From IMG/VR virus record IMGVR_UViG_2698536657_000008, positions 1 to 22,124 of that record: a DNA stretch of 22,124 nt; one strand, 5' to 3'. The DNA is from a virus (taxonomy: Duplodnaviria > Heunggongvirae > Uroviricota > Caudoviricetes). The translations under genes were made by a program, and so were the position numbers. Below, one piece after another: positions 1 through 6,788 of the stretch; the stretch's first letter is position 1, and every line of letters starts with the position of its first letter. The notes beneath the pieces are model-generated. The model had not been told where the DNA came from and made no database searches. It saw only the letters and a program-made list of their open reading frames with translations.

Positions 1-87
1 CAATACTCCACCCTTTAAGACTGAGCCAGATGATTGGATCCAGCCGGGGCTGAATTATCTCAAAGGGCGGATATAAGTTCAGGGGCG

Positions 88-402
88 TTATCTGTTACCT
101 GATAATTGTCTGAACAGGCGATCTTTTTGTGATTTGGCGTAATGATTATCCCATTCGCAATCAAGGTAACTTAATTCTTCATTTAACCAGTCATCTATAT
201 TGTCTTTCAGGCGAAGGAGCAAGGTTGGCGTTAATGCTCCGGATATAATACTGAGAGTTGCAGTAGTGAGAGCTCCATACGGTTCAGCCTGAATGGCCTT
301 TACTGCTTTGTGTTCTTGCGGGAGGAGTAAGAGGCATTCCGATTTTACCCGCTCATTTATGGCTTGCAGGCATAAATCATAATTATGTTGATGGTTATGC
401 AT
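88..402 (-). CDS. Hypothetical protein (104 aa) on the opposite strand, immediately upstream of the endolysin
   Basis: Minus-strand ORF. ATG at 402-400 is preceded on the minus strand by GAGGA with a 6-nt spacer. The track's 150-aa version starts at a TTG at 540 and would overlap the endolysin start, so the shorter form is preferred. No family recognised. Flanking DNA looks AT-richer than the structural genes. Confidence 0.4.
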   Translation of the reverse strand: MHNHQHNYDLCLQAINERVKSECLLLLPQEHKAVKAIQAEPYGALTTATLSIISGALTPTLLLRLKDNIDDWLNEELSYLDCEWDNHYAKSQKDRLFRQLSGNR

Positions 403-530
403 GGTTAATCCTCGACTGGAATTGTCAGATATATTTTCAGCCAGCAGATAAAACGCCAGTGCCCACCACTGGCGGGCTGAAGACTTAACATATCCAGGGA
501 TTCGGAACCGATAAATCCTGATAAATATCC

Positions 531-1064
531 ATGAACGCAAAAATCAGATACGGCCTGTCGGCTGCCGTTCTGGCGCTGATTGCCGCAGGGGCGCCTGCGC
601 CTGATATTCTCGACCAGTTTCTTGACGAAAAAGAAGGCAACCACACCACAGCATACCGTGATGGTGCGGGTATCTGGACCATCTGCCGAGGTGCCATCAT
701 GGTGGATGGTAAGCCTGTGATTCCTGGCATGAAGCTGTCGAAGGAAAAATGCGACTGGGTTAACGCTATCGAACGGGATAAGGCGCTGGCGTGGGTGGAG
801 AAAAACATCAGAGTGCCACTGACCGAACCCCAGAAAGCGGGGATCGCGTCATTCTGTCCGTACAACATTGGTCCCGGTAAGTGTTTCCCGTCGACGTTTT
901 ACAGACGAATTAATGCTGGTGATCGCAGGGGAGCATGCGAGGCGATTCGCTGGTGGATTAAGGACGGTGGCAGAGACTGCCGTATTCGTTCAAACAACTG
1001 TTACGGTCAGGTATCCCGTCGTGACCAGGAGAGCGCGCTGGCGTGCTGGGGTATCGACAGATAA
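531..1064 (+). CDS. SAR endolysin (T4-lysozyme-fold, GH24 muramidase with N-terminal signal-anchor-release segment)
   Basis: 177 aa. N-terminal weakly hydrophobic Gly/Ala-rich stretch GLSAAVLALIAAGAPAP, followed by Glu/Asp/Thr in the spacing of the catalytic triad of T4-type lysozymes (EKEGNHTTAYRDGAGIWTICRG). Resembles phage 21 R / P1 Lyz-type endolysins from memory. Position directly upstream of Rz/Rz1. Confidence 0.85.
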   Translation: MNAKIRYGLSAAVLALIAAGAPAPDILDQFLDEKEGNHTTAYRDGAGIWTICRGAIMVDGKPVIPGMKLSKEKCDWVNAIERDKALAWVEKNIRVPLTEPQKAGIASFCPYNIGPGKCFPSTFYRRINAGDRRGACEAIRWWIKDGGRDCRIRSNNCYGQVSRRDQESALACWGIDR

Positions 1065-1155
1065 GCAGAATATTTTGCTGAAAAATGACGTTGACCAACG
1101 CGGACGGATAACACGAAATCCTGCGAACTGGCAAAACCTAAGTGAATAAAAGTAA

Positions 1156-1192
1156 AAACCCCGTTTGTTGGCAGCAAGCGGGGTTTTGTGTT
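1156..1192 (+). terminator. Rho-independent terminator-like hairpin downstream of the endolysin
   Basis: Stem AAACCCCGTTTG (1156-1167) pairs with CAAGCGGGGTTT (1175-1186) with one G-U wobble, 7-nt loop, followed by TTTGTGTTTCT. Confidence 0.5.
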
Positions 1193-1284
1193 TCTGACCT
1201 TGGATAAGGCAAGGGAGAAATTATGGTGAGGGAGGTGCTTTCCCTGTGAGGAAGTATAAAAGATTCTTTCTGAGGTTGTCCATT

Positions 1285-1398
1285 ATGAAAGGCATTGAAG
1301 TGGAGACGCCAGCCAGTCTGGATTTAACAAGAGCGGCAGCTTTTGCCATTCGTATTATAGCCATTGCTGTTCTGATCTGGGCAATCCGTTGGTGGTGA
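1285..1398 (+). CDS. Candidate 37-aa single-pass membrane peptide ([37 protein letters not shown])
   Basis: ATG at 1285 with GAGG 9 nt upstream; stop TGA at 1396-1398, 1 nt before the Rz start codon. One ~18-residue hydrophobic stretch. Below the ORF-track size cutoff; translated by hand. Confidence 0.25.
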   Translation: MKGIEVETPASLDLTRAAAFAIRIIAIAVLIWAIRWW

Positions 1399-1399
1399 A

Positions 1400-1867
1400 A
1401 TGAACCGCGTTCTGTGTGTGGTCATCATTGCTCTGCTGGTGGCCTGTGGTGCGCTTAGTCTGGGGCTGAATCATTACCGCGATAACGCCATCACTTACAA
1501 AGCGCAGCGCGATAAAAAAGCCAGAGAGCTGGAGCTGGCAAACGCAACCATTACTGATATGCAGGTGCGTCAGCGTGATGTTGCTGCGCTCGATGCAAAA
1601 TACTCGAGGGAATTAGCCGATGCGAGAGCTGAAAATGAAACTCTTCGCGCTGACGTTGCCGCTGGTCGTAAGCGCCTGCGTATCAACGCCACCTGTCCAG
1701 GTCCCGTGCGTGAAGCCACCGGCACCGCCCGCGTGGATAATGCAACCGGCCCCCAACTGGCAGACACCGTTACACGGGATTATTTCACCCTCAGAGAGCG
1801 GCTGATGACGATGCAGAAGCAACTGGAAGGGGCGCAGGAATATATCCGTACTCAGTGCATTAAGTAG
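1400..1867 (+). CDS. Rz: Rz i-spanin (inner-membrane spanin subunit)
   Basis: 155 aa. N-terminal transmembrane segment then a coiled-coil-like periplasmic domain. Strong similarity to lambda Rz as recalled ([18 protein letters not shown]...[18 protein letters not shown]). Confidence 0.88.
   Translation: MNRVLCVVIIALLVACGALSLGLNHYRDNAITYKAQRDKKARELELANATITDMQVRQRDVAALDAKYSRELADARAENETLRADVAAGRKRLRINATCPGPVREATGTARVDNATGPQLADTVTRDYFTLRERLMTMQKQLEGAQEYIRTQCIK
1620..1805 (+). CDS. Rz1: Rz1 o-spanin (outer-membrane lipoprotein), embedded in the +1 frame of Rz
   Basis: 61-aa ORF entirely inside Rz. Lipobox LVVSA|C and proline-rich mature part ([30 protein letters not shown]), closely matching lambda Rz1 as recalled. 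Confidence 0.8.
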   Translation: MRELKMKLFALTLPLVVSACVSTPPVQVPCVKPPAPPAWIMQPAPNWQTPLHGIISPSESG

Positions 1868-1890
1868 TCTTTTTATTATCCGGAGGATAT

Positions 1891-2115
1891 ATGAAGAAAT
1901 TACTGGTAACCGTAAAGCCTTTTCAGGGAACAATTCCGTTCCGTGTTTTGCAGCCTGGTCGTGTTCTTGTTGAAGGTACGTTCAGTGGTAAATGTACGCA
2001 ATCATACTCCCGGGTCTTTCGGGTGGATGCCTCGAATGAAGAGCTAACCGTGGAGTGTGCTGTGAATGCCGCTAAATGCCGCATGGTATCGGCTGCATTA
2101 CAGCCAGTGTGTTGA
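1891..2115 (+). CDS. Hypothetical small protein (74 aa) between Rz/Rz1 and cos
   Basis: ATG at 1891 preceded by GGAGG (1882-1886). Four Cys residues in the C-terminal half. No family recognised. Preferred over the overlapping minus-strand ORF 1923-2132, which has no obvious RBS. Confidence 0.4.
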   Translation: MKKLLVTVKPFQGTIPFRVLQPGRVLVEGTFSGKCTQSYSRVFRVDASNEELTVECAVNAAKCRMVSAALQPVC

Positions 2116-2321
2116 GCGACCTTATTATCCATGCGCGGTATTGTCGCCGTATTCCCGTATTAACAGAGACCGCAGCCCGACAGGGAGACTCCTCTGCGCG
2201 AGTGTGCGGGGATAATCAAAAACGATACACACCGGGGTTTACCGCGTTAACGGAGCGCGGCGTTGTCCCCTCATGGTCGCTGGTCCGGTGCGATGGTGGA
2301 AGAAACCGGACTACATTGCAA

Positions 2322-2338
2322 ATGATAATTATTATCAT
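2322..2338. repeat. Perfect 17-bp palindrome ATGATAAT-T-ATTATCAT, 37 bp upstream of cosN
   Basis: Read directly: 2322-2329 is the reverse complement of 2331-2338. The position is compatible with a cosQ-like packaging-termination element; it also resembles a Fur-box half-site arrangement (GATAAT/ATTATC). Confidence 0.5.
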
Positions 2339-2374
2339 TTTTGCGGGTCCTTTCCGGCATATGGACCCGTTACG

Positions 2375-2386
2375 GGGCGGCGACCT
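2375..2386 (+). other. cosN: cosN: 12-nt cohesive-end sequence GGGCGGCGACCT
   Basis: Exact match to the lambda cohesive end as recalled. Flanking bases (GTTACG|GGGCGGCGACCT|CGCG.GTTTTC.CTATTTATGA) also match the lambda cos region closely. Confidence 0.8.
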
Positions 2387-2602
2387 CGCGCGTTTTCACT
2401 ATTTATGAGATTTTTTGAGGGGGTGGTTGTTGTTTAATTGTTTGGTATATCTAATTGATAAGTAAGGTGAAAATAAAATAAATACAACAACCTTACGATG
2501 TGTTTTGATGTCATTAATGTGAAAAAATTCAATGATATCAAATGTTTTTGTAAAAACACATGGTTGTTGTATCGCTTTTTATCGATGACTTATGGAGAGG
2601 AG
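2387..2602 (+). promoter_or_regulatory. cosB: cosB-like terminase-binding region between cosN and Nu1
   Basis: AT-rich 216 bp with three copies of GGTTGTTGT(A/T)T: 2425-2433 (+), 2483-2493 (inverted) and 2562-2572 (+). The arrangement resembles the lambda R3-R2-R1 gpNu1-binding elements; a strong Shine-Dalgarno GGAGAGGAG sits just before the Nu1 ATG. Confidence 0.55.
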
Positions 2603-3109
2603 ATGGCCTTTTTATTGAATAAAAGTGATATGGCCTCCTCCATCGGTATCTCTGTTCAGGCATTTGATAAATGGGGCGTTCCTCCTGTTGAGCGTCGGGG
2701 GAGGGAAGTTTTTTATGACGTTAAAACTGTACTGGAGATAGATCGCGAGCGGCGACAACACAATCAGAGAACACCTGATGACGAGGGCGATCTGGAGGAA
2801 AGGCTGCTTCGGGCCAGAGCTGAACTGACAGAAGAACAGGCCGTAGCTCAAAAACTTAAAAATCAGGTAACCGAAGGTAAGCTTATTGACACCGGATTCT
2901 GTATTTTTGCCCTCAGTAAGCTGGCAATGGCGTTATCCAGTACGCTTGATTCCATCCCTTTATCCATGCAGCGACAGTTTCCTGATTTAACACCGCGCCA
3001 TCTTGACCATCTGAAAACCCTTATTGCGAAGGGAGCAAATCAGTGTGCGCGGGCAGGGGATAAATTACCGGATTTGCTGGATGAATATATCAGAGCAACA
3101 ACTGAATAA
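2603..3109 (+). CDS. Nu1: Terminase small subunit (gpNu1-like)
   Basis: Start chosen at the internal ATG 2603 (MAFLLNKSD...) with a Shine-Dalgarno sequence immediately upstream; the track ORF start at 2498 would run through cosB. C-terminal half aligns with lambda Nu1 as recalled (FC.F.LS...LP.LLDEYI). Confidence 0.9.
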   Translation: MAFLLNKSDMASSIGISVQAFDKWGVPPVERRGREVFYDVKTVLEIDRERRQHNQRTPDDEGDLEERLLRARAELTEEQAVAQKLKNQVTEGKLIDTGFCIFALSKLAMALSSTLDSIPLSMQRQFPDLTPRHLDHLKTLIAKGANQCARAGDKLPDLLDEYIRATTE

Positions 3110-5009
3110 TATGATGGCTGCCGTTTCGGTTGCGCTGCAGCCTCTGGTCAGGGTTGTGCCGATGACGGCAGTTGAATGGGCTGATCAAAATTATTATCTG
3201 CCGAAAGAATCCTCATACGGTGACGGCGAATGGAAAACGCTGCCGTTCCAGGTCGCCATCATGAACTGTATGGGTAACGACCAGGTTCGCACGGTTAATC
3301 TGATAAAATCTGCCCGTGTTGGCTATACAAAGATGTTGCTGGGTGTCGCCGGGTATTTTATTGAACATAAATCCCGAAACTGTCTGCTTTTTCAGCCCAC
3401 GGATTCTGCCGCTGAAGATTTTATGAAATCTCACGTGGAATCCACGATTCGCGATGTTCCCTGTCTGAAAGCCCTTTCTCCCTGGCTGGGACGTAAACAT
3501 CGTGATAATACCCTCACGCTGAAACGCTTTTCATCGGGTGTGGGTTTCTGGTGCCTGGGTGGTGCTGCCGCCAAAAACTACCGTGAAAAATCCGTGGACG
3601 TGGTCTGCTATGACGAACTTTCCTCGTTCGAGCCGGATGTCGAAAAAGAGGGCTCGCCAACCCTGCTGGGGGATAAACGTATTGAGGGTTCTGTATGGCC
3701 AAAATCCATTCGCGGCTCGACGCCAAAAATAAAAGGCACCTGCCAGATCGAAAAAGCGGCCAACGAGTCGGCGCATTTCATGCGTTTTTATGTTCCCTGC
3801 CCGCACTGTGGGGAGGAGCAGTATCTGAAATTTGGCGATGAATCCACGCCTTTTGGCCTTAAATGGGAGAAGGACAGCCCCGAAAGCGTTTTCTACCTCT
3901 GTGAACATCATGGCTGCGTGATCCATCAGTCTGAGCTTGACCAGAGCAACGGGCGCTGGATCTGTGAAAACACGGGGATGTGGACCCGTGACGGCCTGAT
4001 GTTTTTCAGCGCCCGGGGTGATGAAATTCCACCACCGCGCTCCATCACGTTCCATATCTGGACGGCGTACAGTCCGTTCACCACCTGGGTACAGATAGTC
4101 TATGACTGGCTGGATGCACTGAAAGATCCCAACGGCGTGAAAACCTTTGTGAACACCACGCTGGGCGAGACCTGGGAAGAGGCTGTGGGCGAAAAACTTG
4201 ATCACCAGGTGCTGATGGATAAGGTCGTGCATTACACGGCGGCGGTACCTGACCGGGTGGTTTATCTGACGGCGGGCATTGACTCGCAGCGAAACCGTTT
4301 TGAGATGTATGTCTGGGGATGGGCACCGGGAGAGGAAGCCTTTCTGGTGGATAAAATCATCATTATGGGCCGTCCTGATGAGGAAGAGACGCTGTTACGT
4401 GTGGATGCGGCGATCAACAAAAAATACCGCCATGCAGATGGTGCCGAAATGACCATTTCCCGTGTCTGCTGGGACACCGGGGGGATCGATGGCGAAATCG
4501 TTTATCAGAGGTCAAAAAAACACGGTGTTTTCCGGGTGCTGCCGGTAAAAGGCGCATCTGTCTATGGCAAGCCGGTGATCACCATGCCAAAAACCCGCAA
4601 TCAGCGGGGCGTGTATCTGTGTGAAGTGGGGACGGACACCGCAAAAGAAATTCTCTATGCCCGTATGAAAGCCGATCCCACGCCTGCGGATGAAGCCACG
4701 TCGTATGCCATCCGTTTTCCTGATGATCCGGAGATTTTTTCGCAGACAGAGGCGCAGCAACTGGTGGCGGAAGAGCTTGTGGAGAAGTGGGAAAAAGGAA
4801 AGATGCGTCTGCTGTGGGATAACAAAAAGCGGCGTAACGAAGCGCTGGACTGCCTGGTGTATGCCTACGCGGCATTACGTGTGTCCGTGCAACGCTGGCA
4901 GCTTGATCTGGCTGTACTGGCAAAATCCCGGGAAGAAGAGACGACCCGGCCAACCCTTAAAGAACTGGCAGCGAAGCTGTCCGGAGGAGTGAATGGTTAC
5001 AGTCGCTGA
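3081..5009 (+). CDS. A: Terminase large subunit (gpA-like; ATPase/endonuclease)
   Basis: Start at ATG 3081 (MNISEQQ...), overlapping the Nu1 3' end as in lambda. Very strong similarity to lambda gpA throughout (e.g. AVEWAD.NYYLPKES, SPFTTWVQIV, VNTTLGETWE). Confidence 0.95.
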   Translation: MNISEQQLNNMMAAVSVALQPLVRVVPMTAVEWADQNYYLPKESSYGDGEWKTLPFQVAIMNCMGNDQVRTVNLIKSARVGYTKMLLGVAGYFIEHKSRNCLLFQPTDSAAEDFMKSHVESTIRDVPCLKALSPWLGRKHRDNTLTLKRFSSGVGFWCLGGAAAKNYREKSVDVVCYDELSSFEPDVEKEGSPTLLGDKRIEGSVWPKSIRGSTPKIKGTCQIEKAANESAHFMRFYVPCPHCGEEQYLKFGDESTPFGLKWEKDSPESVFYLCEHHGCVIHQSELDQSNGRWICENTGMWTRDGLMFFSARGDEIPPPRSITFHIWTAYSPFTTWVQIVYDWLDALKDPNGVKTFVNTTLGETWEEAVGEKLDHQVLMDKVVHYTAAVPDRVVYLTAGIDSQRNRFEMYVWGWAPGEEAFLVDKIIIMGRPDEEETLLRVDAAINKKYRHADGAEMTISRVCWDTGGIDGEIVYQRSKKHGVFRVLPVKGASVYGKPVITMPKTRNQRGVYLCEVGTDTAKEILYARMKADPTPADEATSYAIRFPDDPEIFSQTEAQQLVAEELVEKWEKGKMRLLWDNKKRRNEALDCLVYAYAALRVSVQRWQLDLAVLAKSREEETTRPTLKELAAKLSGGVNGYSR

Positions 5010-5199
5010 ACTGCAGGCGCTGCGTCAGGCGCGCCTTGATTTATTAACCGGTAAACGGGTGGTGTCTGTCCAGAAAGATGGTCGCAAAATTGAATATACG
5101 GCGGCCTCTCTGGATGAGCTTAACCGTGCGATCAATGATGCTGAGTCGGTACTGGGGACAACCCGACGTCGCCGTCGTCCGCTGGGAGTGAGGTTATGA
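4993..5199 (+). CDS. W: Head-tail joining / head-completion protein (gpW-like)
   Basis: 68 aa, same length as lambda gpW, with similar sequence (L.TGKRV..VQKDGR..E.TA.S). GGAGG before the ATG. Position between A and B. Confidence 0.9.
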   Translation: MVTVAELQALRQARLDLLTGKRVVSVQKDGRKIEYTAASLDELNRAINDAESVLGTTRRRRRPLGVRL

Positions 5200-6788
5200 A
5201 ACGAACGCCTGTCCTGATTGATGTGAACGGCGTTCCGCTTCGTGAGAGTCTCAGCTACCACGGGGGCGGCGCAGGATTTGGCGGGCAAATGGCGAAGTGG
5301 TTGCCACCGGCGCAGAGTGCCGATGCGGCCCTGCTGCCCGCGTTGCGTCTGGGGAATGCCCGGGCAGATGATCTGGTGCGCAATAACGGAATAGCGGCCA
5401 ATGCGGTTGCCCTGCATAAGGATCACATTGTCGGGCATATGTTTCTGATCAGCTACCGTCCGAACTGGCGCTGGCTGGGGATGCGGGAGACTGCGGCAAA
5501 AAGTTTTGTCGATGAGGTGGAGGCGGCCTGGTCGGAATACGCCGAAGGGATGTCTGGCGAGATCGACGTGGAAGGGAAACGCACGTTTACGGAATTTATC
5601 CGTGAAGGTGTGGGCGTTCATGCCTTTAACGGCGAAATCTTTGTGCAGCCGGTCTGGGATACGGAGAGCACGCAGCTGTTTCGTACGCGTTTTAAAGCCG
5701 TGAGTCCGAAACGGGTGGACACGCCGGGACACGGTATGGGGAACCGCTTTCTGCGGGCCGGTGTGGAAGTCGATCGATATGGCCGTGCCGTTGCGTACCA
5801 TATCTGTGAGGATGATTTTCCGTTCCCGGGTAGTGGTCGATGGGAGCGGATCCCGCGTGAACTTCCCACCGGGCGTCCGGCCATGCTGCATATTTTCGAG
5901 CCGGTGGAGGACGGGCAGACCCGTGGGGCCAATCAGTTTTACAGCGTCATGGAACGGCTGAAGATGCTCGATTCCCTGCAGGCAACACAGCTTCAGTCGG
6001 CCATTGTCAGGGCAATGTATGCAGCGACGATTGAAAGTGAACTTGATACCGAAAAGGCCTTTGAATATATCGCCGGTGCGCCGCAGGGGCAGAAGGATAA
6101 TCCGCTTATTCATATTCTGGAGAAGTTCTCCAGCTGGTATGACACGAATCACGTGACGCTGGGCGGTGTCAAAATTCCGCACCTTTTTCCCGGTGATGAT
6201 CTGAAACTGCAGACTGCGCAGGATTCAGACAATGGATTTTCTGCGCTTGAACAGGCGCTGCTGCGGTATATCGCCGCCGGTCTTGGCGTTTCCTACGAAC
6301 AGTTGTCCCGTGATTACTCGAAGGTCAGTTACTCAAGTGCCCGCGCCTCCGCCAATGAGTCGTGGCGCTATTTTATGGGACAACGAAAATTTATAGCGTC
6401 CCGGCTGGCCACGCAGATGTTTTCCTGCTGGCTGGAAGAGGCACTTCTTCGGGGGATTATTCGTCCGCCACGGGCGCGTTTTGATTTTTATCAGGCGCGT
6501 TCAGCCTGGTCACGGGCAGAGTGGATTGGTGCCGGAAGAATGGCCATTGACGGGCTCAAGGAAGTCCAGGAATCAGTGATGCGCATTGAGGCCGGACTGA
6601 GCACGTATGAGAAAGAGCTGGCGCTGATGGGCGAGGATTATCAGGACATTTTCCGCCAGCAGGTCAGGGAATCCGCAGAGCGGGAAAAAGCCGGACTCTC
6701 ACGCCCGGTGTGGATAGCGCAGGCGTATCAGCAGCAGATAGCGGAGAGTCGCAGGCCGGAAGAGGAGACAACACCACGTGAGACGTAA
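5196..6788 (+). CDS. B: Portal protein (gpB-like)
   Basis: 530 aa. Strong similarity to lambda gpB (YHGGG.GFGGQ, EPVEDGQTRGAN.FYSVME, LLRYIAAGLGVSYEQLSR). ATGA start-stop overlap with W. Confidence 0.95.
   Translation: MKRTPVLIDVNGVPLRESLSYHGGGAGFGGQMAKWLPPAQSADAALLPALRLGNARADDLVRNNGIAANAVALHKDHIVGHMFLISYRPNWRWLGMRETAAKSFVDEVEAAWSEYAEGMSGEIDVEGKRTFTEFIREGVGVHAFNGEIFVQPVWDTESTQLFRTRFKAVSPKRVDTPGHGMGNRFLRAGVEVDRYGRAVAYHICEDDFPFPGSGRWERIPRELPTGRPAMLHIFEPVEDGQTRGANQFYSVMERLKMLDSLQATQLQSAIVRAMYAATIESELDTEKAFEYIAGAPQGQKDNPLIHILEKFSSWYDTNHVTLGGVKIPHLFPGDDLKLQTAQDSDNGFSALEQALLRYIAAGLGVSYEQLSRDYSKVSYSSARASANESWRYFMGQRKFIASRLATQMFSCWLEEALLRGIIRPPRARFDFYQARSAWSRAEWIGAGRMAIDGLKEVQESVMRIEAGLSTYEKELALMGEDYQDIFRQQVRESAEREKAGLSRPVWIAQAYQQQIAESRRPEEETTPRET

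Noticed and set aside
2-76. Frame-2 open reading frame entering from the left edge (...NTPPFKTEPDDWIQPGLNYLKGRI*) as the holin 3' end
   Set aside because: Only 25 codons are visible and show no recognisable holin features, so it is not annotated; it is mentioned only as a possibility in the holin finding.
868-1149. 93-aa + strand ORF overlapping the endolysin 3' end
   Set aside because: It overlaps the well-supported endolysin gene in an alternative frame, has no ribosome-binding site and no recognisable features.
2076-2408. 110-aa + strand ORF spanning the cos site
   Set aside because: It runs through cosN and the cosQ-like palindrome and has no ribosome-binding site; lambda has no gene across cos.
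2498-2602. N-terminal extension of the Nu1 ORF (track start at 2498)
   Set aside because: The extension runs through the AT-rich cosB region and has no counterpart in lambda Nu1; the ATG at 2603 has a strong Shine-Dalgarno sequence and matches the lambda N-terminus.
3024-3080. Upstream start for terminase large subunit A (track start at 3024)
   Set aside because: Lambda gpA begins MNIS..., matching the ATG at 3081; the upstream codons are just the Nu1 3' end read in another frame.
5025-6182. 385-aa minus-strand ORF, and similar long antisense ORFs at 3531-4232, 6793-7416, 11488-12297, 14274-14921, 14731-15942, 16768-17460 and 20403-21668
   Set aside because: Each lies entirely inside a + strand gene with strong lambda homology (A, B, C, V, H, K, J). 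The translations are Arg/Pro/Gly-rich and low-complexity, typical of antisense frames of GC-rich coding DNA, and none has a plausible ribosome-binding site.
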